38,757 nucleotides of DNA from a virus: the IMG/VR virus record IMGVR_UViG_3300027037_000001; one strand, given 5' to 3'. The notes below the pieces were generated by a model. That model had not been told where the DNA came from. It was given only the letters and a program-made list of their open reading frames with translations, and did not search any database. This document shows positions 13,480-20,906 of the stretch, in pieces. Position numbers and translations under genes: made by a program. How positions within the stretch are numbered: the first letter of the stretch is position 1; each line of letters opens with the position of its first letter.

Positions 13480-15906
13480 TTGAAATACCAAGGGTTCATC
13501 GACGCTATTCGTAGCGCGAATTTGACGCCTCCGGCGGAAATTGTCGCCGATGGCACGCTTAAGCGGTTCGCCAGCAACGGGAACCCAAGGGACACTGCCG
13601 GATGGTATGTTCTCCACGACGATGGGTTTGTCGCTGGAGTGTACGGATGCCACCGCCAGAGCATCCAGGAAAACTGGCACGAGAAGTCATACGATCTTGT
13701 CGATGACGTCACCAGGCGCGCCTTTCAGGCAAGAATAGAGCGCGCTCGAGACGAATCGCGCGCAGCCTATGAGAAAGATCAAAAAGAAGCCGCCGTGACG
13801 GCCCGTAGGCTGATCAGCCAGTCCACGAAAGACGCCCCGCACCCCTATCTCGATAGAAAGGGCATCCTGCCCCATGGCACGTATGTCCACCCGGTGCAGG
13901 GCCTGCTTGTGCCCATGCATGACGGCGAAGGCCAGATCGTCAATGTAGAGCGCATCCCGATCGATGCCAAAGAGGTAAAAAAAGGCCTCCCTTCAGGCCG
14001 CCGGAAGGGGTGTTTCTTTCCTATAGGCGATGAAATAACAGACACGATCCTCATCGCCGAGGGCTTCTCAACGGGTGCATCGGTTCACGAGGCCACCGGG
14101 TACATGACGTTCGTTGCCTTCTCGGCAGGCAACCTGAAGGCTGTCTACGCCTATGTGTCCGAACATTTCCCCGACAAACGCATCATCATCGCCGCGGACA
14201 ATGACCAGTTCACCGATGGCAACCCGGGCCTCAAGGCAGCTCAGGAAACGGGCTGCACTTACGTTTACCCCGAATTCCCTTCGATCTCTGGAAACCCCAC
14301 GGATTTCAACGATCTCCATGCCATCGAAGGCATTGACGCGGTTCGCGAATCTATCGAAAAACAGCTATCCGAACCCATCATCGATATCAATGCGGGTGAG
14401 CCATTCGATCTCTTTTCGCAGATGGATCCGCCTGAATTCTGCCGCGGCATGCTCCCCACGGCCCTGGAGAATTATGTCTTCGACCAGGCGGAAGTGATGG
14501 GCACCGACCCGTCCATTTTCGCTATGGGGTGCATCGTCGCCTGCGCCTCTGCGATCGATGCAGGCATAAAGATCCAGGTGAAAATATCCGACCCGTCCTG
14601 GACGGAATCCGCGCGGCTGTGGGGCGCTGTCGTCGGCGACCCGTCCATCAAGAAAACCCCGGCGCTATCCAGGGCGATCGCCCCGCTCAAGAAGATCAAT
14701 TTCGAGCTCACCCAAGGCAATGAAAAAGAGGACCGGTCATACAAGGCGATGATGGCCCAGTTCAAAAAGGCCATGAAGACCTATGACCCGGATCTTGGCG
14801 CACCCGAAGAGCCCGAGGCACCTAAGAAGAAACGAACGATCGTCGAAGACGCCACGATCGAAGCCCTAGGGGAAATTCTCAAGGACAATGAGCGCGGGGT
14901 TCTCATCTTCATGGATGAGCTCGCCCGCTGGTTCGGCGCGATGGACGCGTATCGCCAGGGCGGGTCCGGGTCCAAAGACCGAGGCAATTATCTGGAACTC
15001 TACAACGGCCACTCCAAACCCATCGACCGCATCGGGCGAGGGTCCATCAGCGTGCCCATGTGGGGCGCCTGCATGCTGGGGGCCATCCAGCCGTCGTCGA
15101 TCAAACAGGAACTCAAGCAAGCCCCCATGGACGGCCTGATCCAACGTTTCATGATTGCCATCGGCCAGAAACGTCCCTACTCGGAATCCAACCGCGCCCC
15201 GGTTAAGGATTATTCGGATGCCTACCACGACCTGATCCGGTCGCTTCACGCCGCGGGCTACACCGAATCAACTGTTAAAATGTCTCCGGAGGCTGATGTG
15301 GTCCGGTCGCGGCTGTTCGCCTTCGCGCACCGGATGACTTCCCATGACATCTTCCCCGATTCCTTCAAATCCCACCTGTCCAAATGGGAGGGACTGTTCC
15401 CGCGCCTCTGTCTTACCTTCCACGCCGTTGAGAGCCTCTCGGACACCCCCAAGCATCACCCGGTCAACCAGGCCGTCTCGCGGGCCACAGCGGAGCGCGT
15501 AGAGGCCTTCATGAAGGATTTCCTGTTCCACCACGAGTACGCCTTTTACACGGACGTCCTAGGTGTCACGGAGCAAGGGGATCACGCCCGCTGGATCGCG
15601 GGGCACATCCTGGCCCACGGCCTGAAGATTATCAGCCGGTCGGACATCAAGCGCGTCTATAAGCGCTGGGACAGTCTTCACGAATGGATCCAGGAGGCGA
15701 CGATGCGATGTCTTGAGGATGCCAACTGGATCTCATCGGCGGATCTGAAGGGCAATCAGAAGAGACTTCAGAAGTGGATAGTGAACCAGAGAGTACATGA
15801 TATGTACGTCGATCAGGCCGAAAAAGAGTTAAGAATACGTAAGGAGAGGATGGAGGGTATATCTGAACTGACATCAATGCGCAGTAGATTAAATAACCGA
15901 AAATGA
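13480..15906 (+). CDS. Bifunctional DNA primase / DUF3987-type helicase
   Basis: Toprim motifs are present (ILIAEGFSTG, IIIAADNDQ..GNPGLKAA). The N-terminal part is GTLKRF...GWYVLHDDGFVAGVYGCHR. The C-terminal part looks DUF3987-like (TIEALGEILKDNERGVLIFMDELARWF). The start is uncertain: TTG 13480 after AGGAGG, or TTG 13462. Confidence 0.85.
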   Translation: MKYQGFIDAIRSANLTPPAEIVADGTLKRFASNGNPRDTAGWYVLHDDGFVAGVYGCHRQSIQENWHEKSYDLVDDVTRRAFQARIERARDESRAAYEKDQKEAAVTARRLISQSTKDAPHPYLDRKGILPHGTYVHPVQGLLVPMHDGEGQIVNVERIPIDAKEVKKGLPSGRRKGCFFPIGDEITDTILIAEGFSTGASVHEATGYMTFVAFSAGNLKAVYAYVSEHFPDKRIIIAADNDQFTDGNPGLKAAQETGCTYVYPEFPSISGNPTDFNDLHAIEGIDAVRESIEKQLSEPIIDINAGEPFDLFSQMDPPEFCRGMLPTALENYVFDQAEVMGTDPSIFAMGCIVACASAIDAGIKIQVKISDPSWTESARLWGAVVGDPSIKKTPALSRAIAPLKKINFELTQGNEKEDRSYKAMMAQFKKAMKTYDPDLGAPEEPEAPKKKRTIVEDATIEALGEILKDNERGVLIFMDELARWFGAMDAYRQGGSGSKDRGNYLELYNGHSKPIDRIGRGSISVPMWGACMLGAIQPSSIKQELKQAPMDGLIQRFMIAIGQKRPYSESNRAPVKDYSDAYHDLIRSLHAAGYTESTVKMSPEADVVRSRLFAFAHRMTSHDIFPDSFKSHLSKWEGLFPRLCLTFHAVESLSDTPKHHPVNQAVSRATAERVEAFMKDFLFHHEYAFYTDVLGVTEQGDHARWIAGHILAHGLKIISRSDIKRVYKRWDSLHEWIQEATMRCLEDANWISSADLKGNQKRLQKWIVNQRVHDMYVDQAEKELRIRKERMEGISELTSMRSRLNNRK

Positions 15907-16060
15907 TCCATTTGTGCAGCGACTGCACTTGGGCGTGATAGACATATTTTGCCTTTCTCTCTCTCTCGTTATATAAAAGTTAAATAAAGTCATTTTTTAT
16001 ATCTCACACGCCTAAGTGCACTTGGTGCACTTCCTTAAAAATCTCATTTTGGACTGAGAC
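15907..16060. promoter_or_regulatory. AT-rich, repeat-dense intergenic region; candidate replication origin and/or promoter
   Basis: A palindrome GTGCAG-CGA-CTGCAC lies at 15914..15928 and a (TC)6 tract at about 15955..15967. ATATAAAA (15971) and TTTTATAT (15995) form inverted arms in a roughly 35-bp almost pure A/T block. A tandem GTGCACTTG-GTGCACTTC lies at 16016..16033. The region is directly downstream of the primase gene. Confidence 0.4.
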
Positions 16061-16264
16061 ATGAAGAGAGTGACCGTTGTGGCCCTGAACAAGCTCGCAT
16101 GGAGAATGAGCCACGGTGTCGGCAGCCGCCCGGGCGTCGGGAACCTTGACGCATGGGAGGACATCCGCAAGGAGCTACGCAGGATGAGGGATTCGGGAGT
16201 GCTCACCATGGACAGGTTTCAGGTATTGGCGAGGCGGTATGGGTTATGGGTGAGGCGACCCTGA
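16061..16264 (+). CDS. Hypothetical protein, 67 aa (possible regulator)
   Basis: ORF-track entry. It is basic and flanked on both sides by GTGCA-type repeats. Confidence 0.5.
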   Translation: MKRVTVVALNKLAWRMSHGVGSRPGVGNLDAWEDIRKELRRMRDSGVLTMDRFQVLARRYGLWVRRP

Positions 16265-16281
16265 CCTCCCACCTCTCGCGC

Positions 16282-16316
16282 GCACCAATCAGGTGCATTT
16301 GCACCAAGATGGTGCA
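16282..16316. promoter_or_regulatory. Two tandem 15-bp palindromic operator-like sites, GCACC-N5-GGTGC
   Basis: The sites are GCACCAATCAGGTGC (16282..16296) and GCACCAAGATGGTGC (16301..16315). Both have perfect 5-bp arms, and their centres are 19 bp apart. Confidence 0.45.
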
Positions 16317-16388
16317 ATCAATCCCGCCGCCGATTCCTAGGAATCTTCACCCAGGTCAACAGTTGACATTCGCCGCCATGCGCGTACC

Positions 16389-16595
16389 ATGGACCCCATG
16401 CCGACCGAAGCCTCCAAGCGCACGATGAACAGCCGCCAGTCGGCCATTGACCGAGGCGCCCTCCCGCTACACGGCCTCCTGCCTCCTGAGAGCGCCGTGG
16501 TGGCCCGCGCGATGGTCGAGCAAGGGTACGCCCGCAGTGCGGCCCACGCGTGCCACCTAGCGCTTCTGAGGATGGTTGACGAGGATTCGAAATGA
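16389..16595 (+). CDS. Hypothetical protein, 68 aa
   Basis: ORF-track entry with an ATGA overlap into the next micro-ORF. Confidence 0.5.
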   Translation: MDPMPTEASKRTMNSRQSAIDRGALPLHGLLPPESAVVARAMVEQGYARSAAHACHLALLRMVDEDSK

Positions 16596-16699
16596 TTGAC
16601 TACGACAACGATGGGACCGGGCTGCTGCTCTGTCTGGCGCTGGTGGCCATGAGTCTGCTAGCGCTCGGTATCGCGGTGTTGTGGGGGTGGCTCATATGA
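16592..16699 (+). CDS. Candidate 35-aa single-TMD peptide
   Basis: The product is MIDYDNDGTGLLLCLALVAMSLLALGIAVLWGWLI, with an ATGA overlap upstream. Confidence 0.4.
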   Translation: MIDYDNDGTGLLLCLALVAMSLLALGIAVLWGWLI

Positions 16700-16760
16700 C
16701 TTCCCTGGCTGCGTGCATGGGCTCCTCCACGCCCCGCTTCATTCCGAAGGAATCCAAGAC

Positions 16761-16946
16761 ATGACCCGACGATCCGAGTTCCGTGCCAACTGTGCCCAGG
16801 AGCGCCAGCTCACCAAGGCCGAGTTCGCCCGTCAGTACACGCGGTCCCGCGAGGAGCAATCCGGTGGCCGGTCGCTGCTTTGGGGTGTACTGGGCTACAT
16901 CGCCTTCGTGGCGATATGCTTGGCCCTGGTTCGTCATGGAGGTTAG
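16761..16946 (+). CDS. Tail-anchored small membrane protein, 61 aa
   Basis: Uses the internal ATG of ORF 16713..16946, after GAAGGA. The product ends with the TMD LLWGVLGYIAFVAICLALV. Confidence 0.5.
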   Translation: MTRRSEFRANCAQERQLTKAEFARQYTRSREEQSGGRSLLWGVLGYIAFVAICLALVRHGG

Positions 16947-16949
16947 CTC

Positions 16950-17183
16950 ATGGAATGGATCAATCAGCGGCCAACGCAAGCAGGGTGGTATTGGGTTGTC
17001 AACGACTCCATCCAGCCGACCATCACTGAGGTTCAGTGGGTCTATCAGGGGGCGCAGACACTTATCCCGGAGCTCCATGTCATGAGCTTTACGCCGACCA
17101 ACAATGACCGATGGATGGGGCCTCTTGACGTGCCGCAGCGGCCGGTACTTGATGTCGTAGTCGACACGCCGCAGGACAGTTAA
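16950..17183 (+). CDS. Hypothetical protein, 77 aa
   Basis: ORF-track entry. Confidence 0.55.
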   Translation: MEWINQRPTQAGWYWVVNDSIQPTITEVQWVYQGAQTLIPELHVMSFTPTNNDRWMGPLDVPQRPVLDVVVDTPQDS

Positions 17184-17268
17184 GTTTTACGCTGGCCAGG
17201 CCGTTGGGTGCCCCCTCATCCCATCCTTCGGTCGCGGCTGGCTCCTATCCCAGACGATGAGGTGACCC

Positions 17269-17613
17269 GTGGAACGTGATATGCAGGAACAGATGAACAC
17301 ACAGGCAGGCGTGTACTTCTTTCGCGACCATGCCAATTCCCAAGGCTATGTGACGGGTGCCGTGAAGATCCAGTCGCCCGTGGAGGGTGCAATGACTCGG
17401 ATCACCGATTCGATCGGCGTGCTTGAAGATCGGGTCAAGGATCTGAATGTCCGGCTGGCTTCGGTTCTACGCGATACGCCAACCAAGGCGGTTCCCCAGA
17501 TCGTGGCAGCCATCCCCGAGAGCGAGCACGTTGCCCGACTTCAGGAGATCGTCTCACGCATCCAGAACCTTTCGACCTCCGTCGCTGACCTGTCCGAACG
17601 CTGCACGCTCTGA
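17269..17613 (+). CDS. Hypothetical coiled-coil protein, 114 aa
   Basis: ORF-track entry with a GTG start after GAGGTGA. An ATG at 17281 is an alternative start. Confidence 0.55.
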   Translation: MERDMQEQMNTQAGVYFFRDHANSQGYVTGAVKIQSPVEGAMTRITDSIGVLEDRVKDLNVRLASVLRDTPTKAVPQIVAAIPESEHVARLQEIVSRIQNLSTSVADLSERCTL

Positions 17614-17617
17614 CGCC

Positions 17618-18064
17618 ATGCCAGTCCCCACCAAGAAAACCCCCGACGTCCTCGACGAGATCCTTCAGCAGGTGGCTTCCGAAGGCAATCTGGATCGCAT
17701 CCTGGCGTCCTCGGAACGGTATCCGCGCCGCGAGACATGGGATGGCTGGGTGAAGGCGGACGATGATCTGGCGAGACGGTACCTGTCGGCAAAGCAGAGT
17801 TACGCTGCCAAGCTGGTGTTCGAAGCCAAGGAAATCGCCGATGGTGTTGGTGTCTCCGAGGCGGGGTATAACGACAAGAAAGTGGGCCATCAGGTCAAGA
17901 CACGCCTGTGGATGGCCGAGAAGTTGGATAGGTCGAACTTCGGTTTGCAGCAACGTCTAGAGCACGTTGGCGAGGACGGCGGTCCGATCAAGACCATCCA
18001 CACCCTCACCGACGATGAGTTGATGAGGATCGCCACGGCGAAGAAGGGGAAGGGTGATGAGTGA
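17618..18064 (+). CDS. terS: Terminase small subunit
   Basis: Uses the internal ATG of ORF 17447..18064. The segment YLSAKQSYAAKLVFEAKEIADG...VKTRLWMAEKLDRSNFG matches the common small-terminase pattern (ARAKE..ADEI.., RLR/KW.aeKl.P..YG). It lies just upstream of TerL. Confidence 0.65.
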   Translation: MPVPTKKTPDVLDEILQQVASEGNLDRILASSERYPRRETWDGWVKADDDLARRYLSAKQSYAAKLVFEAKEIADGVGVSEAGYNDKKVGHQVKTRLWMAEKLDRSNFGLQQRLEHVGEDGGPIKTIHTLTDDELMRIATAKKGKGDE

Positions 18065-18242
18065 TCGCATGGGCCTGACCGAGATCCAGATGCAGCGTTG
18101 GATCGAACTCCAGATCGCACTGGAGAACTTCCGCTCCCATGTGAACGAGGCGAGGCAGCGTTCGGCTTTCGAACGCCAGACGCAGGTGAAGTATGCCGCG
18201 GTGGCCCTGTGTGATGACCCGCCGGGGTTGTTCTCCGAGTGA
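18054..18242 (+). CDS. Hypothetical protein, 62 aa, between TerS and TerL
   Basis: ORF-track entry that overlaps both neighbours (11 nt upstream, GTGA downstream). Confidence 0.45.
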   Translation: MMSDRMGLTEIQMQRWIELQIALENFRSHVNEARQRSAFERQTQVKYAAVALCDDPPGLFSE

Positions 18243-19858
18243 CCCCCGAGCAAGCTGCCACGGAACTCCTCCGACGGCGTGAGGCACGCGGCACGCTCAA
18301 GGGATTCGCCAAGGCAATCGACGTGCCTGGCCGCCCCGTGGGTGAAGACGAGAATGCGTGGATCTTCGATCCCGTAGAGTCTCCCATTGCGTTCCACCAT
18401 GAGGTGATCATGGACGCGGCCGAGCGATGGGCCACGACAAAATATGGTCGGTTGATGGTCTTCGCCGCGCCAGGGTCAGCGAAATCATCGTACATCTCAG
18501 TCGTGACGCCTTCGTACGTCATGGGGAAATACCCTGGTAGCCGTTTTATCTTCTCCACGTACAACCAGCGGCTGGCCGACAAGCAGTCCAAGCGCGCCCG
18601 CCAGATCTGCCGATCGACGAAGTTCCAGGCCATCTTCGATACGGTCATCCCCAAGGGGTTCGAAGGTGCTGAGGCGTGGAGTCTGGACAACGGTTCCGAG
18701 TTCATGGCGGTCGGCCTGATGTCGGGCTCAACCGGCAACCGAGCTACCCATCTGATCATCGACGACCCCGTGTCAGGCCGCGAGGATGCTGACTCCGAGA
18801 CGGTTCGGGATAAGACATGGGACGCCTATTCGGATGACCTGAAGACGCGACTGATCCCCGGTGGGTGCATATGCATCATCATGACCCGGTGGCACGAAGA
18901 TGACCTCTGTGGCCGCATCCTCCCCGCCGACTACGATGGCGCGTCCGGTGACATCCTGTGCCGCGACGGACAGGTCTGGCACGTACTGAACATCCAGGCC
19001 AAGGCCGAGCGCACCGATGACCCACTGGGTCGCCCACTGGGCGGTTACATGTGGCCAGAGTGGTTCGGAGCGAGGCACTGGGAGCAGTTCGAAGCCAACC
19101 CATCGCCTGCCGCCCAGCGCACGTGGTCCGCACTGTTCCAGCAGCGCCCGGCCGCGGACACCGGTGGCCAGTTCGAACGCGCCTGGTTCGATGGCGGCGA
19201 GGATTCCTCGGGCCGCGTCTGTCCGAACCGTCGTTATGGGCGCATGGAGCTCCCGCCGCTGGACCGTCTGAGGATCTTCGGCGCATCGGACTGGGCGGTG
19301 ACCGAGAAAACCACGGCGGATTTCACCGAGCATGGTGTGTGGGGCATGGATTCTAACGGCGAGCTATGGGCGCTTGACTGGCAATGGGGTCAGGTCAACT
19401 CTGAGAAAGGCGTGGAGATGAACATCCAGGCCATCAAGACCTGGCATCCCGTGGCGTGGGCAGGCGAGACAGGGAAGGACGAGAACGCCATCCAGCCGAT
19501 CCGCGACAGGCGGATGGTCGAGGAACGGGCGATCACGACCATCGAATTACTCCCCTCCGGACAGGACAAGGTCGCCAAGGCCGCATCCTTCCGCGCGATG
19601 GCCTCCATGGGTCGCGTGCACTTCCCGGCCGACTCGGTATTCGCCGAGCGGGTTATCTCGCAGCTGGTGAAATTCCCCGCTGGCGCGCATGATGATGCTG
19701 TCGATGTCTGCGGACATGCAGGGCGCATGGTGGATCGGATGTGGAAAGCGCCAGCGAATGAGAAGCCACCGGAGCGACCCCGATTCCTCCACGAAATCCA
19801 GTCACGGGAGATATTCGCGCTGGATGGGCCGTCGCGGTCCGGGAGTGCCCGGATATGA
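18239..19858 (+). CDS. terL: Terminase large subunit
   Basis: Walker A-like FAAPGSAKSS, Walker B HLIIDDP and coupling motif IMTRWHEDDL are present, followed by a C-terminal nuclease-like half. The start is GTG. Confidence 0.9.
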   Translation: MTPEQAATELLRRREARGTLKGFAKAIDVPGRPVGEDENAWIFDPVESPIAFHHEVIMDAAERWATTKYGRLMVFAAPGSAKSSYISVVTPSYVMGKYPGSRFIFSTYNQRLADKQSKRARQICRSTKFQAIFDTVIPKGFEGAEAWSLDNGSEFMAVGLMSGSTGNRATHLIIDDPVSGREDADSETVRDKTWDAYSDDLKTRLIPGGCICIIMTRWHEDDLCGRILPADYDGASGDILCRDGQVWHVLNIQAKAERTDDPLGRPLGGYMWPEWFGARHWEQFEANPSPAAQRTWSALFQQRPAADTGGQFERAWFDGGEDSSGRVCPNRRYGRMELPPLDRLRIFGASDWAVTEKTTADFTEHGVWGMDSNGELWALDWQWGQVNSEKGVEMNIQAIKTWHPVAWAGETGKDENAIQPIRDRRMVEERAITTIELLPSGQDKVAKAASFRAMASMGRVHFPADSVFAERVISQLVKFPAGAHDDAVDVCGHAGRMVDRMWKAPANEKPPERPRFLHEIQSREIFALDGPSRSGSARI

Positions 19859-19860
19859 TA

Positions 19861-19891
19861 TTGACCGCGCTGCAATGGCTAGTGGTACTAT
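19861..19891 (+). promoter_or_regulatory. Candidate sigma70-type promoter for the head operon
   Basis: TTGACC lies at 19861..19866, followed by a 19-nt spacer and TGgTACTAT (an extended -10, with TACTAT at 19886..19891). The site lies in the 76-bp gap after TerL. The spacer is longer than optimal. Confidence 0.3.
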
Positions 19892-19934
19892 ATTCACTGG
19901 TCGTGTTGATCGTTAACTGTAGGGGTGAATACGA

Positions 19935-20234
19935 ATGAACGTACAGGGATTTACCCCCGTCATCGGCGGCACGGTCGTGGCTGCGGCCACGGCGGCATCA
20001 GCGAATTTCGTGATGACAATCGGTTCCAATCTCCAGGAAGTCATTGTTCAGAACGCCGGGCCCAATGTGGCCTTTTTGCGTTATGGGACGACCCCACAGA
20101 CGGCGGTTGCTACGGACTTCCCGCTGCTGGTCAACGCGGTCTACCTACTCACGGTGGGCCCGTCGAACAATTTCGCTGTCATTTCCCCGGCCGGTACGGC
20201 GACGGTGTATATCACGGCGGGCGAGGGCGCATAA
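19935..20234 (+). CDS. Small beta-rich protein, 99 aa
   Basis: ORF-track entry with an AGGGGTGA RBS. The composition is G/A/T/V-rich. Confidence 0.6.
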   Translation: MNVQGFTPVIGGTVVAAATAASANFVMTIGSNLQEVIVQNAGPNVAFLRYGTTPQTAVATDFPLLVNAVYLLTVGPSNNFAVISPAGTATVYITAGEGA

Positions 20235-20256
20235 CCACCTGAGGCAAAGGATTGTC

Positions 20257-20628
20257 ATGGGACTCAAATCGACATCAAGTACCAGTGATTCAGCACCAGG
20301 CCCTATCGGATCGTCCACGCCCAATACGGGCCGGTTCACAGGGGTGCAGTTCGGGATCGTATCCAAGACGGCCGCGTACACCGCGACATCAGGAGATTTC
20401 ACGATACTGTGCGATGCGACAACGGCGGCGTTCAGCGTGACATTGCCGGCAGCCGCAGCAAACCAGGGGCGGGTGTACAACATCAAGAAGGCCGATGGAT
20501 CGGCGAATGCGGTAACGATCCAGTGTAACGGGGCCGAAACGCTCGATGGATCGAACACGAAGGCGATTTCCGCGCCATTCCAGTCCGCGCAGATCCAATC
20601 CAACGGGGTGGCGTGGTTCATGATTTAA
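20257..20628 (+). CDS. Small beta-rich protein, 123 aa (related to 26922..27278)
   Basis: Uses the internal ATG of ORF 20044..20628, after AAAGGA. Contains ...VTLPAAAANQGRVYNIKKADGSANAVTIQ..GAETLDG...SNGVAW. Confidence 0.6.
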   Translation: MGLKSTSSTSDSAPGPIGSSTPNTGRFTGVQFGIVSKTAAYTATSGDFTILCDATTAAFSVTLPAAAANQGRVYNIKKADGSANAVTIQCNGAETLDGSNTKAISAPFQSAQIQSNGVAWFMI

Positions 20629-20648
20629 GTAGGGGCACGGAGGCCGCT

Positions 20649-20906
20649 ATGTCATACCTTATGGATGGTGAGAGCGCTCCACCGGAAGCCAAGACGGTAT
20701 CGGGGTCGCCGTACACGCTGAGCAACACGTACGGCCAAGCCGTCATGGTCGCGGTGTCGGGTGGTACGGTGCTAACGATTCAGTACTCGGTGGACGGGAC
20801 GAATTTCATTCTGGTGGGGCTGCTCGCTGGACTGTTCTTTCTTCGCCCTGGCGACTATCTCAGGGTGACTTACCTCTTGACGCCCACGATCACGGTTATC
20901 CCCTAA
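20649..20906 (+). CDS. Small beta-rich protein, 85 aa
   Basis: ATG 20649 follows a GGAGG RBS at 5 nt and is in frame with ORF 20613..20906. Confidence 0.55.
   Translation: MSYLMDGESAPPEAKTVSGSPYTLSNTYGQAVMVAVSGGTVLTIQYSVDGTNFILVGLLAGLFFLRPGDYLRVTYLLTPTITVIP

Noticed and set aside
16153-16428. 91-aa plus-strand ORF spanning the operator-like palindromes
   Set aside because: It overlaps the 3' end of the 16061..16264 gene in another frame and covers the palindromic sites. The product is low-complexity and there is no RBS.
17890-18759. 289-aa minus-strand ORF
   Set aside because: It is antisense to the well-supported TerS and TerL genes. Its R/S/P-rich composition is typical of a shadow ORF in high-GC coding DNA.
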